Shown: in pieces, positions 1 to 11,192 of the stretch
Layout of the letters: each line of letters opens with the position of its first letter
Position numbering within the stretch: position 1 is the stretch's first letter
Origin: a bacterium
GTDB lineage: Bacteria; UBP7; UBA6624; JBBIMK01
Assembly: GCA_037444445.1 (NCBI GenBank)
Contig: JBBIMK010000016.1
Coordinates: 16,800-48,799, forward strand
DNA: 32,000 nucleotides
Direction: 5' to 3'
The notes under the pieces: model-generated
What the model was told of the DNA's origin: nothing
Database searches by the model: none
The model's input: the letters and a program-made list of their open reading frames with translations, nothing else
Program-made: the position numbers and the translations under genes

Positions 1-182
1 CCCGTTTCCGGTGTCCCCTCTCGGACGAATAACAGGTTTGACCCCATTTCCAGGAATTCATCGGCCACCAGTTTTCTGAGCCCACCTGCGATGCCAATCA
101 TCACCACCACAGAGAAGATACCCATAATAATCCCGGTTAAAGTCAGAAAACTCCGGAGTTTGTTACCCCAGATGGTTCTCAT
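1..182 (-). CDS. ABC transporter permease, FtsX/MacB-type (N-terminal fragment; gene continues past the left edge)
   Basis: Minus-strand ATG at 182-180. Translation MRTIWGNKLRSFLTLTGIIMGIFSVVVMIGIAGGLRKLVADEFLEMGSNLLFVREGTPET parallels the N-terminus of the adjacent 413-aa permease (KLRSFLTLLGIIFGIFSVVVMVGIGAGL). Truncated by the window edge, so absent from the ORF track. Confidence 0.8.
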   Translation of the reverse strand, partial: MRTIWGNKLRSFLTLTGIIMGIFSVVVMIGIAGGLRKLVADEFLEMGSNLLFVREGTPET

Positions 183-214
183 CGCAATTTTGAAGTTATC
201 CAGGATTGCGGGCA

Positions 215-1456
215 TTATTCGTAGCGCAGGGCCTGGATGGGGTCCAGACGCGCGGCACGCATCGCTGGCCAGAGCCCAAAGAAAACTCCCACCATGGTAG
301 CCACCACCACAGCAAGGACAACCGCTTGAATGGAGAAAGTTGGGGTTCCCATGGCTTTTGTAAATGCTTCCAGATTGGATATCCCCCGAATTCCACCCCA
401 TGCCAGGAGAATGCCAATGCCTGCTCCGAAGAGGCAGAGCACTACTGCTTCTACAAGGAATTGAAGCAGGATATTCCGGCGTTTGGCACCCACGGCTTTC
501 CTTACCCCGATTTCCCTCGTCCGCTCTGTCACCGTGACCAGCATGATATTCATAATTCCAATCCCGCCCGTGAGAAGAGAAATAAATGCAAGGATGCCAA
601 AAACGGCGTTAAAACTCACCAGAATGGCATTCACCCGTGAAATGATTTCGTTCATAGAAAAGATGGAGAAATCGTCTTTCTCGGCACCCGATAGAACATG
701 CTGACGCCGCAGGATATACCGAATTTGCTCCTCCGCCCTGTTCATCCCCTCAAAACTTCTGGCTTCCACATTCAGGAAATGGTAGAAATGAATTTCCAGG
801 AATCTCTGCTGGGCAGTGGTGACCGGGATGAGAACCACATTATCGGCGGCAGAAAAGGCATCCTGGTCCCCTTTTTCTGCGAGAACACCAATCACCTTAA
901 AGGAAACGCCGTTAATCTTCAAGTCCTCCCCCACCGGATTTCTCCCCCGAAAAAGTTTCTCATAAACTTTCCTGCCGATAACGGCAACCCGGGCTTTGCC
1001 TGCTACATCGGAATCCGTGAGGAAACGTCCCATCCCCCTCTGAACAGGAAAAGAGCGAACAAACTCAAATTCCGGCGTTACACCCCGAACTTCCACATTC
1101 ATTCCATAACTTTCCTTTTTGAGGGTGGCGGGGAAATCTACCTCGGGAGCAATGCGCCGCACTTCAGTGGCTTCCCGAAGAATCGCCTGCACATCCTCCT
1201 CATCAATGTGCCTGGGTGTTCTTTTGAGTTCAAGGGTTTGCCCTGTAGATTCACCTCCTTCGTAAACGAAAAGCAAGTTAGCACCCAGTTCTTGAAATTG
1301 TTTCGCCACATGCCCCTGAAGTCCCGCTCCAATTCCCACCATCACCACGACGGAGAAAATGCCAAAGATAATTCCTAATAATGTGAGAAAACTTCGGAGT
1401 TTATTGGAGACAATAGCCCGGAGGGCTATTCGTGCATCTTCACGGAGTTGCCACAT
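215..1456 (-). CDS. ABC transporter permease, MacB/FtsX family
   Basis: 413-aa ORF with an N-terminal TM helix, a large extracytoplasmic loop and a C-terminal FtsX-type TM bundle. It ends ...WPAMRAARLDPIQALRYE, typical of MacB/LolC-type permeases. It overlaps the upstream ATPase gene by 17 nt. Confidence 0.9.
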   Translation of the reverse strand: MWQLREDARIALRAIVSNKLRSFLTLLGIIFGIFSVVVMVGIGAGLQGHVAKQFQELGANLLFVYEGGESTGQTLELKRTPRHIDEEDVQAILREATEVRRIAPEVDFPATLKKESYGMNVEVRGVTPEFEFVRSFPVQRGMGRFLTDSDVAGKARVAVIGRKVYEKLFRGRNPVGEDLKINGVSFKVIGVLAEKGDQDAFSAADNVVLIPVTTAQQRFLEIHFYHFLNVEARSFEGMNRAEEQIRYILRRQHVLSGAEKDDFSIFSMNEIISRVNAILVSFNAVFGILAFISLLTGGIGIMNIMLVTVTERTREIGVRKAVGAKRRNILLQFLVEAVVLCLFGAGIGILLAWGGIRGISNLEAFTKAMGTPTFSIQAVVLAVVVATMVGVFFGLWPAMRAARLDPIQALRYE

Positions 1457-2204
1457 TCTCCTTCAGTTTTGCCTGTTCCCGGAGTTTCGCCAGTTGTTCC
1501 TCGGCGATGAGAGGATGTAGAACAGGCTCATCACCCACCAGGCGTCCATCCCGGAAGCGGAGAATCCGCTGGGTATGTCGTGCCAAATCCTCTTCATGGG
1601 TAACCAGAATAATGGTCATTCCGCGTTCCCGATTCAGGCGTTGAAAAGTCAGCATGATTTCTTCTCCAGTCAAAGTATCCAGATTTCCAGTAGGCTCATC
1701 CGCGAGAATCAGCATCGGGTCGCGAACCAGAGCCCTTGCAATCGCCACACGCTGTTGCTCCCCTCCAGACAGTTCCGTGGGTAAGTGCTTCCAGCGGGCG
1801 CCCAATCCCACCCACTCCAGAACCTCCATGGCTTTCCGCCGAGGGTTCACCCGATGGTTTCTTCCCCCATACAGCGTCGGCAGCAACACATTTTCCAGTG
1901 CCGAAGTCCGACGAAGCAGATTAAAATTCTGAAAGACGAATCCCACTTTTGAATTCCGAATATCTGCCAGCTGATTATCCGTTAGTCGGGAAACATCCTG
2001 ACCCTGCAGATAGTATTTACCCCGGGTGGGTTTATCCAGACAGCCGAGGAGGTTCAAGAATGTGGATTTTCCCGACCCCGAAGGACCCATAATGGAAAGA
2101 AACTGCCCTTCCGGCACTTCCAGGCTCACTTCATTGAGAGCTAACACTTCCACGGTGCCGGTCCGATAAATCTTCGTTAACCCTTCCGTTCGAATCAGGT
2201 TCAT
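1440..2204 (-). CDS. ABC transporter ATP-binding protein (MacB/LolD-type)
   Basis: Walker [13 protein letters not shown] signature [15 protein letters not shown], Walker [13 protein letters not shown]. It lies between the adaptor and permease genes. Confidence 0.93.
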   Translation of the reverse strand: MNLIRTEGLTKIYRTGTVEVLALNEVSLEVPEGQFLSIMGPSGSGKSTFLNLLGCLDKPTRGKYYLQGQDVSRLTDNQLADIRNSKVGFVFQNFNLLRRTSALENVLLPTLYGGRNHRVNPRRKAMEVLEWVGLGARWKHLPTELSGGEQQRVAIARALVRDPMLILADEPTGNLDTLTGEEIMLTFQRLNRERGMTIILVTHEEDLARHTQRILRFRDGRLVGDEPVLHPLIAEEQLAKLREQAKLKENVATP

Positions 2205-2210
2205 ACAGCG

Positions 2211-3461
2211 TTAATCAAAAATAGATTTCTTTTCCTTCGGAGCTTTTGCAAGAATTTCATCGCTTTCGGTTAGCCCCCCTAACACTTCCACATGAACCCC
2301 ATCATCATACCCCGCCTGGATTTCTACCTTTTCTGTTTTCTTCCTCCGGGAAGCCTTTGTAACCTTAAACACATACGCTTTGTCCTTATCGAATTTTACG
2401 GCTTCAACGGGAACGAGAAGGGCGTTGGTATGCTTATCCAGAATAATGTGGGCGTTCGCCGTCATATTCGCCAGCAGTTTCCCTGCCGGGTTCTCCAGTT
2501 CCACTGTGATGCCGAAGGTTACCACCCCACCTTTTTCCACGCCCCGGGGTTCAATCTTTTGAAGATTCCCTACAAACTTTTCCTTCGGATAGGCATCTAC
2601 GGTAAGTTCTACGGGTAGACCGGTTTTAATCAAGCCCACATCGGCTTCATCCACCTGCCCTTTGAACTCCATTCTGGACACATCGCCTACGACAAACATC
2701 ACGGTTCCACCGGTGAGGCTCATGGTGGCAGAGGCGACCGCACTTCCCTCTTCCACAAACCGTGCCAGCACAACCCCCTCCATGGGGGAGTAGACGGAAG
2801 CATTTCGGAGTTCTTCTGCGGCATCATCGCGGACGGCTTTTCCCTGCCGTACCGCCGCTTCCGCTTCTTTCACCTCTTCGGGCAATGGAAGGGATTTTAA
2901 CACGGAGAGGCTTTTCTCCGACGCTTCCAGGTCCTTCTGTGCCAGGTCACGCTGTGATTTTGCCGTGTCAAATTCTTCCCGGGAAGCGAATCCTTTCTGG
3001 TAAAGCTCTGAAACACGCTGAAAGGTGCGCTCTGCGGCGTCCAGCGCCACACGAGCTCTGGACACCGCCTCTTCCGCTTGCGATAGTTGAAGAGGAGTGG
3101 CACCGCGCTTCACGCGAGCCAGACTTGCCTCTGCAGCAGACAGGTTCGCTTCCGCCTGCTCCAGACGAGCGGATAACTGCTTCTTATCTAACTCCGCCAG
3201 CAAGTGTCCCTTTTCTACCCATTCTCCCGTTTCCACATAAATCTTTTCTACTATTCCGCTGGCTTTAGATTTTACTTCCACGAACACGAAAGGATTCAAA
3301 CTTCCTGAAGCGAGAACACTTTTGGCTATATCACCCCGCACAGGTTTCAGCGTCTCTTCCTCTTTCTCACCCCCCTTCTTCTTGATGAAGGAATAAACAC
3401 TTCCTCCTATAAGGAAAATGAAGAGAACAATCGTGACTGTAATCCAGAGCCACTTTCTCAT
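2211..3461 (-). CDS. efflux transporter periplasmic adaptor subunit (HlyD/MacA family)
   Basis: 416-aa ORF with an N-terminal TM anchor (WLWITVTIVLFIFLIGGSVYSFI), a long Ala/Glu-rich coiled-coil hairpin region and a C-terminal beta-barrel-like region. It sits directly upstream of the MacB-type ATPase and permeases. Confidence 0.88.
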   Translation of the reverse strand: MRKWLWITVTIVLFIFLIGGSVYSFIKKKGGEKEEETLKPVRGDIAKSVLASGSLNPFVFVEVKSKASGIVEKIYVETGEWVEKGHLLAELDKKQLSARLEQAEANLSAAEASLARVKRGATPLQLSQAEEAVSRARVALDAAERTFQRVSELYQKGFASREEFDTAKSQRDLAQKDLEASEKSLSVLKSLPLPEEVKEAEAAVRQGKAVRDDAAEELRNASVYSPMEGVVLARFVEEGSAVASATMSLTGGTVMFVVGDVSRMEFKGQVDEADVGLIKTGLPVELTVDAYPKEKFVGNLQKIEPRGVEKGGVVTFGITVELENPAGKLLANMTANAHIILDKHTNALLVPVEAVKFDKDKAYVFKVTKASRRKKTEKVEIQAGYDDGVHVEVLGGLTESDEILAKAPKEKKSIFD

Positions 3462-3775
3462 CTGGATTCTTTTCCCTTCTTCAAAATTTCTCGCTGGGCG
3501 TGAACCAGAGAAATTTCCGTATCTATTTCCTGCAAATCGCGGAAGAGATCCTCGCCAAGAACTTTCAAAAATTCCGGCGCTTGTCCCTGTTTGAGCAATC
3601 CATACACGCGGTCACCCAGTTTCGCCAGAGTTTCTCGTTTTTTGGACTCCAGCCCTGAGAGTTTTAGTGAAAGTTCTCCTTTCTTAATGGCGACCTTGGC
3701 TTCCTCAGTGGCTTGCTTCGTGATTTGAGAGGCTTTCTCCCCAATTTTTTGCACCATCTCTTTCCAATCCTTCAT
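3458..3775 (-). CDS. hypothetical coiled-coil protein, first gene of the efflux operon
   Basis: 105-aa Lys/Glu-rich ORF. Its stop overlaps the adaptor start as ATGA (3458-3461). No family recognised. Confidence 0.5.
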   Translation of the reverse strand: MKDWKEMVQKIGEKASQITKQATEEAKVAIKKGELSLKLSGLESKKRETLAKLGDRVYGLLKQGQAPEFLKVLGEDLFRDLQEIDTEISLVHAQREILKKGKESR

Positions 3776-3864
3776 TCCTCTTCACCTTCTTAATTTTATC
3801 GTAAAAGCCTTAAAACTGGAAATTTCCTTAAAGAATCCCTTTTCTCCTCTTTCGTGGGAAGAGT

Positions 3865-5166
3865 TTATTCCTCTTCACCTTTCAGGAATTTCATGTGCTG
3901 TAAAAACCGGGCGATTCGCTTTTCATATCCCTGGTCAGAGGGTCGGTAATACGATTTTTTCGCGGGTAAATAGGTCTGGCGGACAAAGTGGTGCGGGAAA
4001 TCGTGAGGGTATTGATAATCCACGCCGTGGCCTAATTTTTTGGCCCCCCAGTAATTTGCATCCCGCAGGTGCTTTGGCACTTCAAAGATTTCTCCCTTTT
4101 CAATGTCTTTTTTTGCGCGAATAAGGGCGGAATAGGAGGCATTGCTTTTGGGAGCGGTGGCCAGGTAAACAGTGGCTTGCGCCAGAGGAATCTGCGCCTC
4201 GGGCAAGCCCACGAATTCCACTGCCCAGGCCACGCTGGTGGCCACCTGGATCGCCATAGGGTCTGCGTTCCCGATGTCTTCAGCGGCAAGAATGACCAGC
4301 CGGCGGGCGATAAAGCGAGGCTCCTCTCCACCCACCAGCATCAGCGCCAGCCAGTAGATGGCTGCATCCGGGTCACTCCCCCGAATGCTCTTAATAAAGG
4401 CAGAAATTACATCATAGTGCATATCCCCTGCCATATCGTAGCGGACCTTCGCTTTCTGCGCTACTTCTTCCACATCTTTCAAGGAAAGAACAATCTCCCC
4501 ATCTTTTTTCCGGAATGCTACGGCTGTTTCCAGGATATTCAGGACCCTTCGTGCATCGCCACCACTCAGGTTCAATAAATGTTCTTCTGCTTCGGGCTCA
4601 AAACGGATTTTGAATTTTCCCATCCCTCGCTCTGAATCCTGCAAAGCCCGATGCAGGATGGTCTTCAACTGCTCTCGCGTCAGAGGATTCAGCATAAACA
4701 GCAAACAACGAGAAAGCAGTGGGGAAATCACATCAAAGAAAGGATTTTCAATGGTGGCTCCGATGAGAGTAATCAAGCCCGATTCCACCCAAGGGAGAAG
4801 AGCATCCTGCTGGGCTTTATTGAACCGGTGGATTTCATCAATAAACACGATGGTTTTTTTGCCGGCAAGACGATTTTTCTCCGCCCGCTTCACAGCGGAG
4901 CGAATGTCAGCCACTCCACTGGTGACTGCGTTGATTTGCACAAACTCTGCCTGCGTTTCATGAGCAATGGCTTTCGCAATGGAAGTTTTTCCAGAGCCAG
5001 GTGGTCCGTAAAGAATGATGGAAGGCAGCTGCCCGCACGCCAGGGCGGAGCGAAGCGGTTTGTCATTCCCCACGATATGCTCCTGCCCCACCACTTCCTC
5101 TAAGGTTCGGGGCTTCATCCGCTCCGCCAGCGGTGTATCCTCCGCCTTCTCAAACATCCCCCTCAT
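3865..5166 (-). CDS. rarA: replication-associated recombination protein A (AAA+ ATPase RarA/MgsA)
   Basis: N-terminal LAERMKPRTLEEVVGQEHIVG, Walker A GPPGSGKTS, Walker B IVFIDEIHRFNKAQQD, and a C-terminal MgsA domain (GSDPDAAIYWLARM-like, YLATAPKSNA). The start could instead be the ATG at 5157. Confidence 0.93.
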   Translation of the reverse strand: MRGMFEKAEDTPLAERMKPRTLEEVVGQEHIVGNDKPLRSALACGQLPSIILYGPPGSGKTSIAKAIAHETQAEFVQINAVTSGVADIRSAVKRAEKNRLAGKKTIVFIDEIHRFNKAQQDALLPWVESGLITLIGATIENPFFDVISPLLSRCLLFMLNPLTREQLKTILHRALQDSERGMGKFKIRFEPEAEEHLLNLSGGDARRVLNILETAVAFRKKDGEIVLSLKDVEEVAQKAKVRYDMAGDMHYDVISAFIKSIRGSDPDAAIYWLALMLVGGEEPRFIARRLVILAAEDIGNADPMAIQVATSVAWAVEFVGLPEAQIPLAQATVYLATAPKSNASYSALIRAKKDIEKGEIFEVPKHLRDANYWGAKKLGHGVDYQYPHDFPHHFVRQTYLPAKKSYYRPSDQGYEKRIARFLQHMKFLKGEEE

Positions 5167-5242
5167 ATCACCTAAACCTCTTCAAAGGTTATGAAATTCC
5201 TATCTTACCATTCGTTTCCGTGAAATTTCCCTCTCATCTTAT

Positions 5243-5638
5243 TTATTCTACCTCAAAAGTAAACTTCTTCCTGGCGGTGTCAAAGCAAACCTTGAAATAC
5301 TCCAAAAACCCTTCATGCCCCAGGATATTAAATGGGATGCCTAATTCTTCAGAGAAACTAACCCGAGCAGGAATGCTCAAACCCGCAACTCGTATTTCTA
5401 CGGGATGGAAGTTCGCCACAATCATACCTCCCCCTACCCCGTGAATATAAGTTGAAGGTGCTTCCTTCAAATCAATTCCTAAAATTTCTGCTACTCCTGC
5501 GGAAAAGATAGAATTTGTTGCACCGGTATCCGCCAATGCACTCGTAGGAACGAAATTATTCTTGTATCCAATTTCTATCCCTATAACCGGCAAGAATATT
5601 CCATGGAATTCCCGATAAGGAACTTCCAGTAGTTTCAT
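5243..5638 (-). CDS. retropepsin-like (clan AA) aspartic protease
   Basis: 131-aa ORF with the single-lobe active-site motif ALADTGATNS, followed by a GVGGG flap-like segment and a C-terminal ILGHEGFLEYFKVCFD strand pattern typical of bacterial retropepsin-like proteases. Its ATG overlaps the upstream stop (ATGA). Confidence 0.7.
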   Translation of the reverse strand: MKLLEVPYREFHGIFLPVIGIEIGYKNNFVPTSALADTGATNSIFSAGVAEILGIDLKEAPSTYIHGVGGGMIVANFHPVEIRVAGLSIPARVSFSEELGIPFNILGHEGFLEYFKVCFDTARKKFTFEVE

Positions 5639-6186
5639 CCAGCGATTTGCACTTCTTCACGGCTGGCAGGCACATATTCCACAAGAATGGATTGGATAGG
5701 ATAGTTTTGACTGGCAATCTGATAAGCCTGTTTCATACTATTCCCAACGGCAACAATTTCCCGTGCGACAACGGCAATATATTTGCCGGGGTATTTTTGC
5801 TCTATTTCCTGCCAGTGTTCAGTAAGCCACAGCTGCCGGTCATAAACCTTCCAGGCATCTCTGAGCCTTCTTTCCAGTTCGCGCAGTTGCTGTTCTTGCC
5901 AATCCGTGTCTCCTGCACCCGCAGGAGAGGGAATTTTGATAACCATCGCTAAACCAGGAGGAATGGGTGAATATGCGACCACAAAACCGCTCTGAAAAGA
6001 GCCGATGGCACCGAGCAGAAAATACCCCCCTCCTTCCTCCTTGCAGAGATACAGCCCTAATTCTATGCCGAAACTTTGGTATTCTGGATGTTTTTCTGGT
6101 TGAAATGGAAGTTCTCGAATCACTTGAACCGCGTCCTGTTTGTGAAACTCCTTATGATATGGGCATTCAATGGAAGAATTCGCCAT
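5635..6186 (-). CDS. hypothetical protein: unrecognised N-terminal domain fused to a DUF5678-like C-terminal domain
   Basis: 183-aa ORF. The C-terminal segment QKYPGKYIAVVAREIVAVGNSMKQAYQIASQNYPIQSILVEYVP matches the DUF5678 pattern as I recall it (YxGKWVAI..gKVVA.GdS..ea...A...yP....l...VP). A GAGGTGA RBS (6194-6200) lies 7 nt upstream of the ATG. The first ~110 aa were not recognised. Confidence 0.6.
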   Translation of the reverse strand: MANSSIECPYHKEFHKQDAVQVIRELPFQPEKHPEYQSFGIELGLYLCKEEGGGYFLLGAIGSFQSGFVVAYSPIPPGLAMVIKIPSPAGAGDTDWQEQQLRELERRLRDAWKVYDRQLWLTEHWQEIEQKYPGKYIAVVAREIVAVGNSMKQAYQIASQNYPIQSILVEYVPASREEVQIAG

Positions 6187-6233
6187 GCTTTAATCACCTC
6201 GCCTTTTTGTCCCTTGTTCTACCCACTGCTCTC

Positions 6234-6263
6234 ATTATATCACTCTATATTACGATTTATCTA
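6234..6263 (-). promoter_or_regulatory. candidate sigma70-type promoter for the DUF5678-like/aspartic protease cassette
   Basis: On the minus strand: TAGATA (6263-6258), an 18-nt spacer, then TATAAT (6239-6234), about 45 nt upstream of the ATG at 6186. Motif match only. Confidence 0.3.
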
Positions 6264-6531
6264 CTGATGTAGTTCGTTCCCTTGCTCTCGCTGCCAGTTT
6301 TAAAGCCTCAGAAGAAGCATTTTGGGAATTCAGGATGGCAACTCTGGACTTTTGAAGTAAGCCTCTATCACCTTTCACAACTGCTCTTTTCAGCCACTCT
6401 CTTTCACCCTTTTTCATTAAAGGTGTGCCCCACTTTATCTTATTCTCCTCTATGGGCTCTCCTTCCTGATGAAGATTTTCTTGGAACCTGTTCATTGCCT
6501 TCATTTTATCACGATGTTCTTTCCCTTCCAC
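6250..6531 (-). CDS. hypothetical basic protein (uncertain)
   Basis: 93-aa ORF starting with GTG 5 nt after the ligA stop; an internal ATG gives MKAMNRF. Lys/Arg/Glu-rich, no family recognised. It could be non-coding spacer. Confidence 0.3.
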   Translation of the reverse strand: MEGKEHRDKMKAMNRFQENLHQEGEPIEENKIKWGTPLMKKGEREWLKRAVVKGDRGLLQKSRVAILNSQNASSEALKLAARARERTTSVDKS

Positions 6532-6535
6532 TGGA

Positions 6536-8635
<2,100 letters not shown>

Positions 8636-8710
8636 TCAAAATTATATAACAGGAGAAGAAGCCGTCATTTTTCTTCTTTCTCGTGTGGTTTCGTAGTAAC
8701 CTCGGGTTTC

Positions 8711-9520
8711 TCAGGAGAGGCGGGAGCGAGCCCAGGCACTGAAGAAATCAAAGAGCGTTACAACGATGCCGATTTCCCAGAGTAGTGTTGCCGCCTGGCG
8801 GTATGCCAGCACATCAATGGATTGTTTCAGGAGGTAACCGATTCCTCCCGCTCCCACCAGCCCGAGAACGGTGGACATGCGAACATTGGCGTCCAGGCGA
8901 AATAGAATAAATCCCACAAAAGAAGGGAAAACCTGCGGTAGGATGCCGAAAGAAATTTTTTGCACGGGCGAGGCCCCGGTAGCCGTTACGGCCTCCACCA
9001 CTCCCGGGTCTACCTGCTCTATGGCTTCCGAGAACAGTTTCCCAAGCATTCCTATGGAATGCACCACCAGAGCCAGGACGCCCGGAAAAGGTCCGATTCC
9101 CACTGCCACCACGAATAGAATTGCCAGCACCATAGCATCCAGCGTCCGACAGAGATTGAAAATCCCACGAATCAGTCCGTAGATGCTCCGGGAGAACAGG
9201 GAATCCCCCACCAGGTTTCTGGCAGCAAGGAAGGAAAGAGGAAAAGTTAGAATCACGCCCAGGGTAGTGCCTAAAATTGCCATCATCACTGTTTCCCAAA
9301 GCCCTTTCAGTGCCGTGCTCATCCACTCTTTGGATATATCTGGAGTGAGAAAGGACAGCAGGATTTTCCACAGATTAGGAAGCCCTCTCCACAGGGCTAT
9401 CAGGCTGAATTCGGATACCTGAAGCGCATAGGCATAGAATAGAATGACGAGAGCCACCAGCAGGAGAAAGAATGACAAACGCCACGACTCCGGATAGGGC
9501 GAATCTTCAGTTTTCTTCAT
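8711..9520 (-). CDS. phnE: phosphonate ABC transporter permease PhnE
   Basis: 269-aa polytopic membrane protein. It has a PhnE-like N-terminal region (LWRGLPNLWKILLSFLTPD) and an EAA-type loop (EAIEQVDPGVVEAVTATGAS). It lies downstream of phnD and phnC. Confidence 0.88.
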   Translation of the reverse strand: MKKTEDSPYPESWRLSFFLLLVALVILFYAYALQVSEFSLIALWRGLPNLWKILLSFLTPDISKEWMSTALKGLWETVMMAILGTTLGVILTFPLSFLAARNLVGDSLFSRSIYGLIRGIFNLCRTLDAMVLAILFVVAVGIGPFPGVLALVVHSIGMLGKLFSEAIEQVDPGVVEAVTATGASPVQKISFGILPQVFPSFVGFILFRLDANVRMSTVLGLVGAGGIGYLLKQSIDVLAYRQAATLLWEIGIVVTLFDFFSAWARSRLS

Positions 9521-10265
9521 GATAAAGAGTCTGAATATCTTTCTCTGTTACTTGCTCGGGAGGCAGGTGAAAGAGGAGATGTCCTTTCCGAATGCCAATG
9601 AGAGAATGGGCAACATCTCTCGCCAGCCTTACATCATGCAGGCTGGCTAAAACAGTGAGATGCTCTTTCACATGAATTTCTTTCAATAAATTCAGGATGC
9701 GCTCTGCGGTCACTGGATCCAGGTTAGATACAGGCTCATCCGCCAGAAGGAGGACGGGGCTTTGCATCAGGGCTCGGGCGATTGCCACTCTCTGCTGTTG
9801 TCCGCCAGAAAGAGATTTTACGGGTTCATGAATCTTTTCCTCCATCCTTACCCGTTGCAGTAGTTCTTCCGCTTTTGCGATGTCAGAAGGCGGGAAAATT
9901 CCGAGGGCGGATGGGAAAGAGGGTAAATATCCCAGCCTTCCCGTGAGGACATTGGTTCTCGCCGTGAGAGGTTTCAGAACATTAAAATTTTGAAAAATCA
10001 TGCCCATTCTTCGCCGAATCTTTCTCATCTTCTTTTCCGGGTAGGAAGTCAGGTCTTCTCCCTCAAACCAGATGTGCCCGCTGGTGGCACGATACAACCC
10101 GTTGATGCACCGGAGGATGGAAGATTTCCCCGCACCGCTGGGCCCTATAAAAACGGCAAATTCCCCGCGCTTCAGTGAAAAGGAGATATCTTTCAGAACC
10201 TGGACTTGCTTGAATTGTAGTGAGAGGTTCTCAACCCGGAGAATTGGGAAGGTGACATCGGACAT
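9507..10265 (-). CDS. phnC: phosphonate ABC transporter ATP-binding protein PhnC
   Basis: Walker [10 protein letters not shown], signature [15 protein letters not shown], Walker [13 protein letters not shown]. Operon position is between phnD and phnE. Confidence 0.9.
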   Translation of the reverse strand: MSDVTFPILRVENLSLQFKQVQVLKDISFSLKRGEFAVFIGPSGAGKSSILRCINGLYRATSGHIWFEGEDLTSYPEKKMRKIRRRMGMIFQNFNVLKPLTARTNVLTGRLGYLPSFPSALGIFPPSDIAKAEELLQRVRMEEKIHEPVKSLSGGQQQRVAIARALMQSPVLLLADEPVSNLDPVTAERILNLLKEIHVKEHLTVLASLHDVRLARDVAHSLIGIRKGHLLFHLPPEQVTEKDIQTLYHEEN

Positions 10266-10268
10266 CTG

Positions 10269-11171
10269 TTATGACTCGGGGATGTTCGTAATCTTCAGCA
10301 GGTTTGCGACTTCTACTACGGGTTGATAATCGGCATCATAAACTTCCGTCAGCCCGTCAATTTCATACAATTCCATCAAATACTTTTTCCCTTCGGATGT
10401 GGCAGCGATTTTTCGCAGGCTCTCTTTTAAGCGTTTTTTCATTTCCTGGGGCAAATCCTTCCGAACGGAAATATTATCGTTGGGAATCCAATCGGTATAA
10501 GCGAGGACCCGGGTTTTCTGCATCACATCGGGGAAAGTTTGAGCCACACGGGTGCGGGCGTCCTCAAAAGTAGCCCCCCCATCCACCGTCCCTTGCAACA
10601 GAGCAAATACTACTTTATCATGCCCGCCTGCAAAAAAGACTTCTTTCATATCCCTGTCCGGGTCTATCCCTTCCTTTATCAGCATGGCTTTCGGAAATAA
10701 ATATCCAGAGGTAGAAGAGGCTTCTACGAAAGCAAATCGCTTTCCTTTTAACTCCGCCAGAGATTGAATCTCCCCTGCGCGAACCAGTATCTGCCCTCTA
10801 TAGGATTTTTTCCCACCGTTGCGTGTGACCATCAAAAGGGCTTCTATGCCGTATTTCTGATGCCCGAGAACGTAAGCAAGAGGAGGAAGCCAGCCCACAT
10901 CAATAGTTCCTGCTCCCATTCCCTCTACTACCACAGAATAACTGGTGGGAATAGAAGTTTTGATTTTCAGCCCTGCTTCTTTTTCCAGAAGACGGGCCAG
11001 AGGCTCCCCCGTCTTCAGAATTTTCTGGGTTTCAATAGAGGGGACAAAAGCCATCGTAACGGAGTTTTCTTCCGTCCGAGAGCACGCGAAACATATTCCT
11101 ATCACCCATAAAATAAACCCACAAAAATTATAAACTTCTTCCTTTGTGACATCCTTCGCCCTATTCCTCAA
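10269..11171 (-). CDS. phnD: phosphate/phosphite/phosphonate ABC transporter substrate-binding protein PhnD
   Basis: 300 aa with an N-terminal signal/lipoprotein-like segment (ILWVIGICFACS) and PhnD-like blocks (VTMAFVPS, GAGTIDVGWLPPLAYV, FVEASSTSGYLFP). The exact start is uncertain. Confidence 0.88.
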   Translation of the reverse strand: MRNRAKDVTKEEVYNFCGFILWVIGICFACSRTEENSVTMAFVPSIETQKILKTGEPLARLLEKEAGLKIKTSIPTSYSVVVEGMGAGTIDVGWLPPLAYVLGHQKYGIEALLMVTRNGGKKSYRGQILVRAGEIQSLAELKGKRFAFVEASSTSGYLFPKAMLIKEGIDPDRDMKEVFFAGGHDKVVFALLQGTVDGGATFEDARTRVAQTFPDVMQKTRVLAYTDWIPNDNISVRKDLPQEMKKRLKESLRKIAATSEGKKYLMELYEIDGLTEVYDADYQPVVEVANLLKITNIPES

Positions 11172-11192
11172 TTCCTGGTATACAAGCCCTTT

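Noticed and set aside
698-1378. 226-aa plus-strand ORF antisense to the MacB-type permease gene
   Set aside because: It lies entirely inside a strongly supported minus-strand gene. The sequence is low-complexity and unrecognisable, so it is a typical shadow ORF.
8814-9371. 185-aa same-strand alternative frame inside phnE (Gly/Arg/Ser-rich)
   Set aside because: The PhnE frame gives a coherent polytopic permease. The alternative frame is compositionally biased and lacks motifs.
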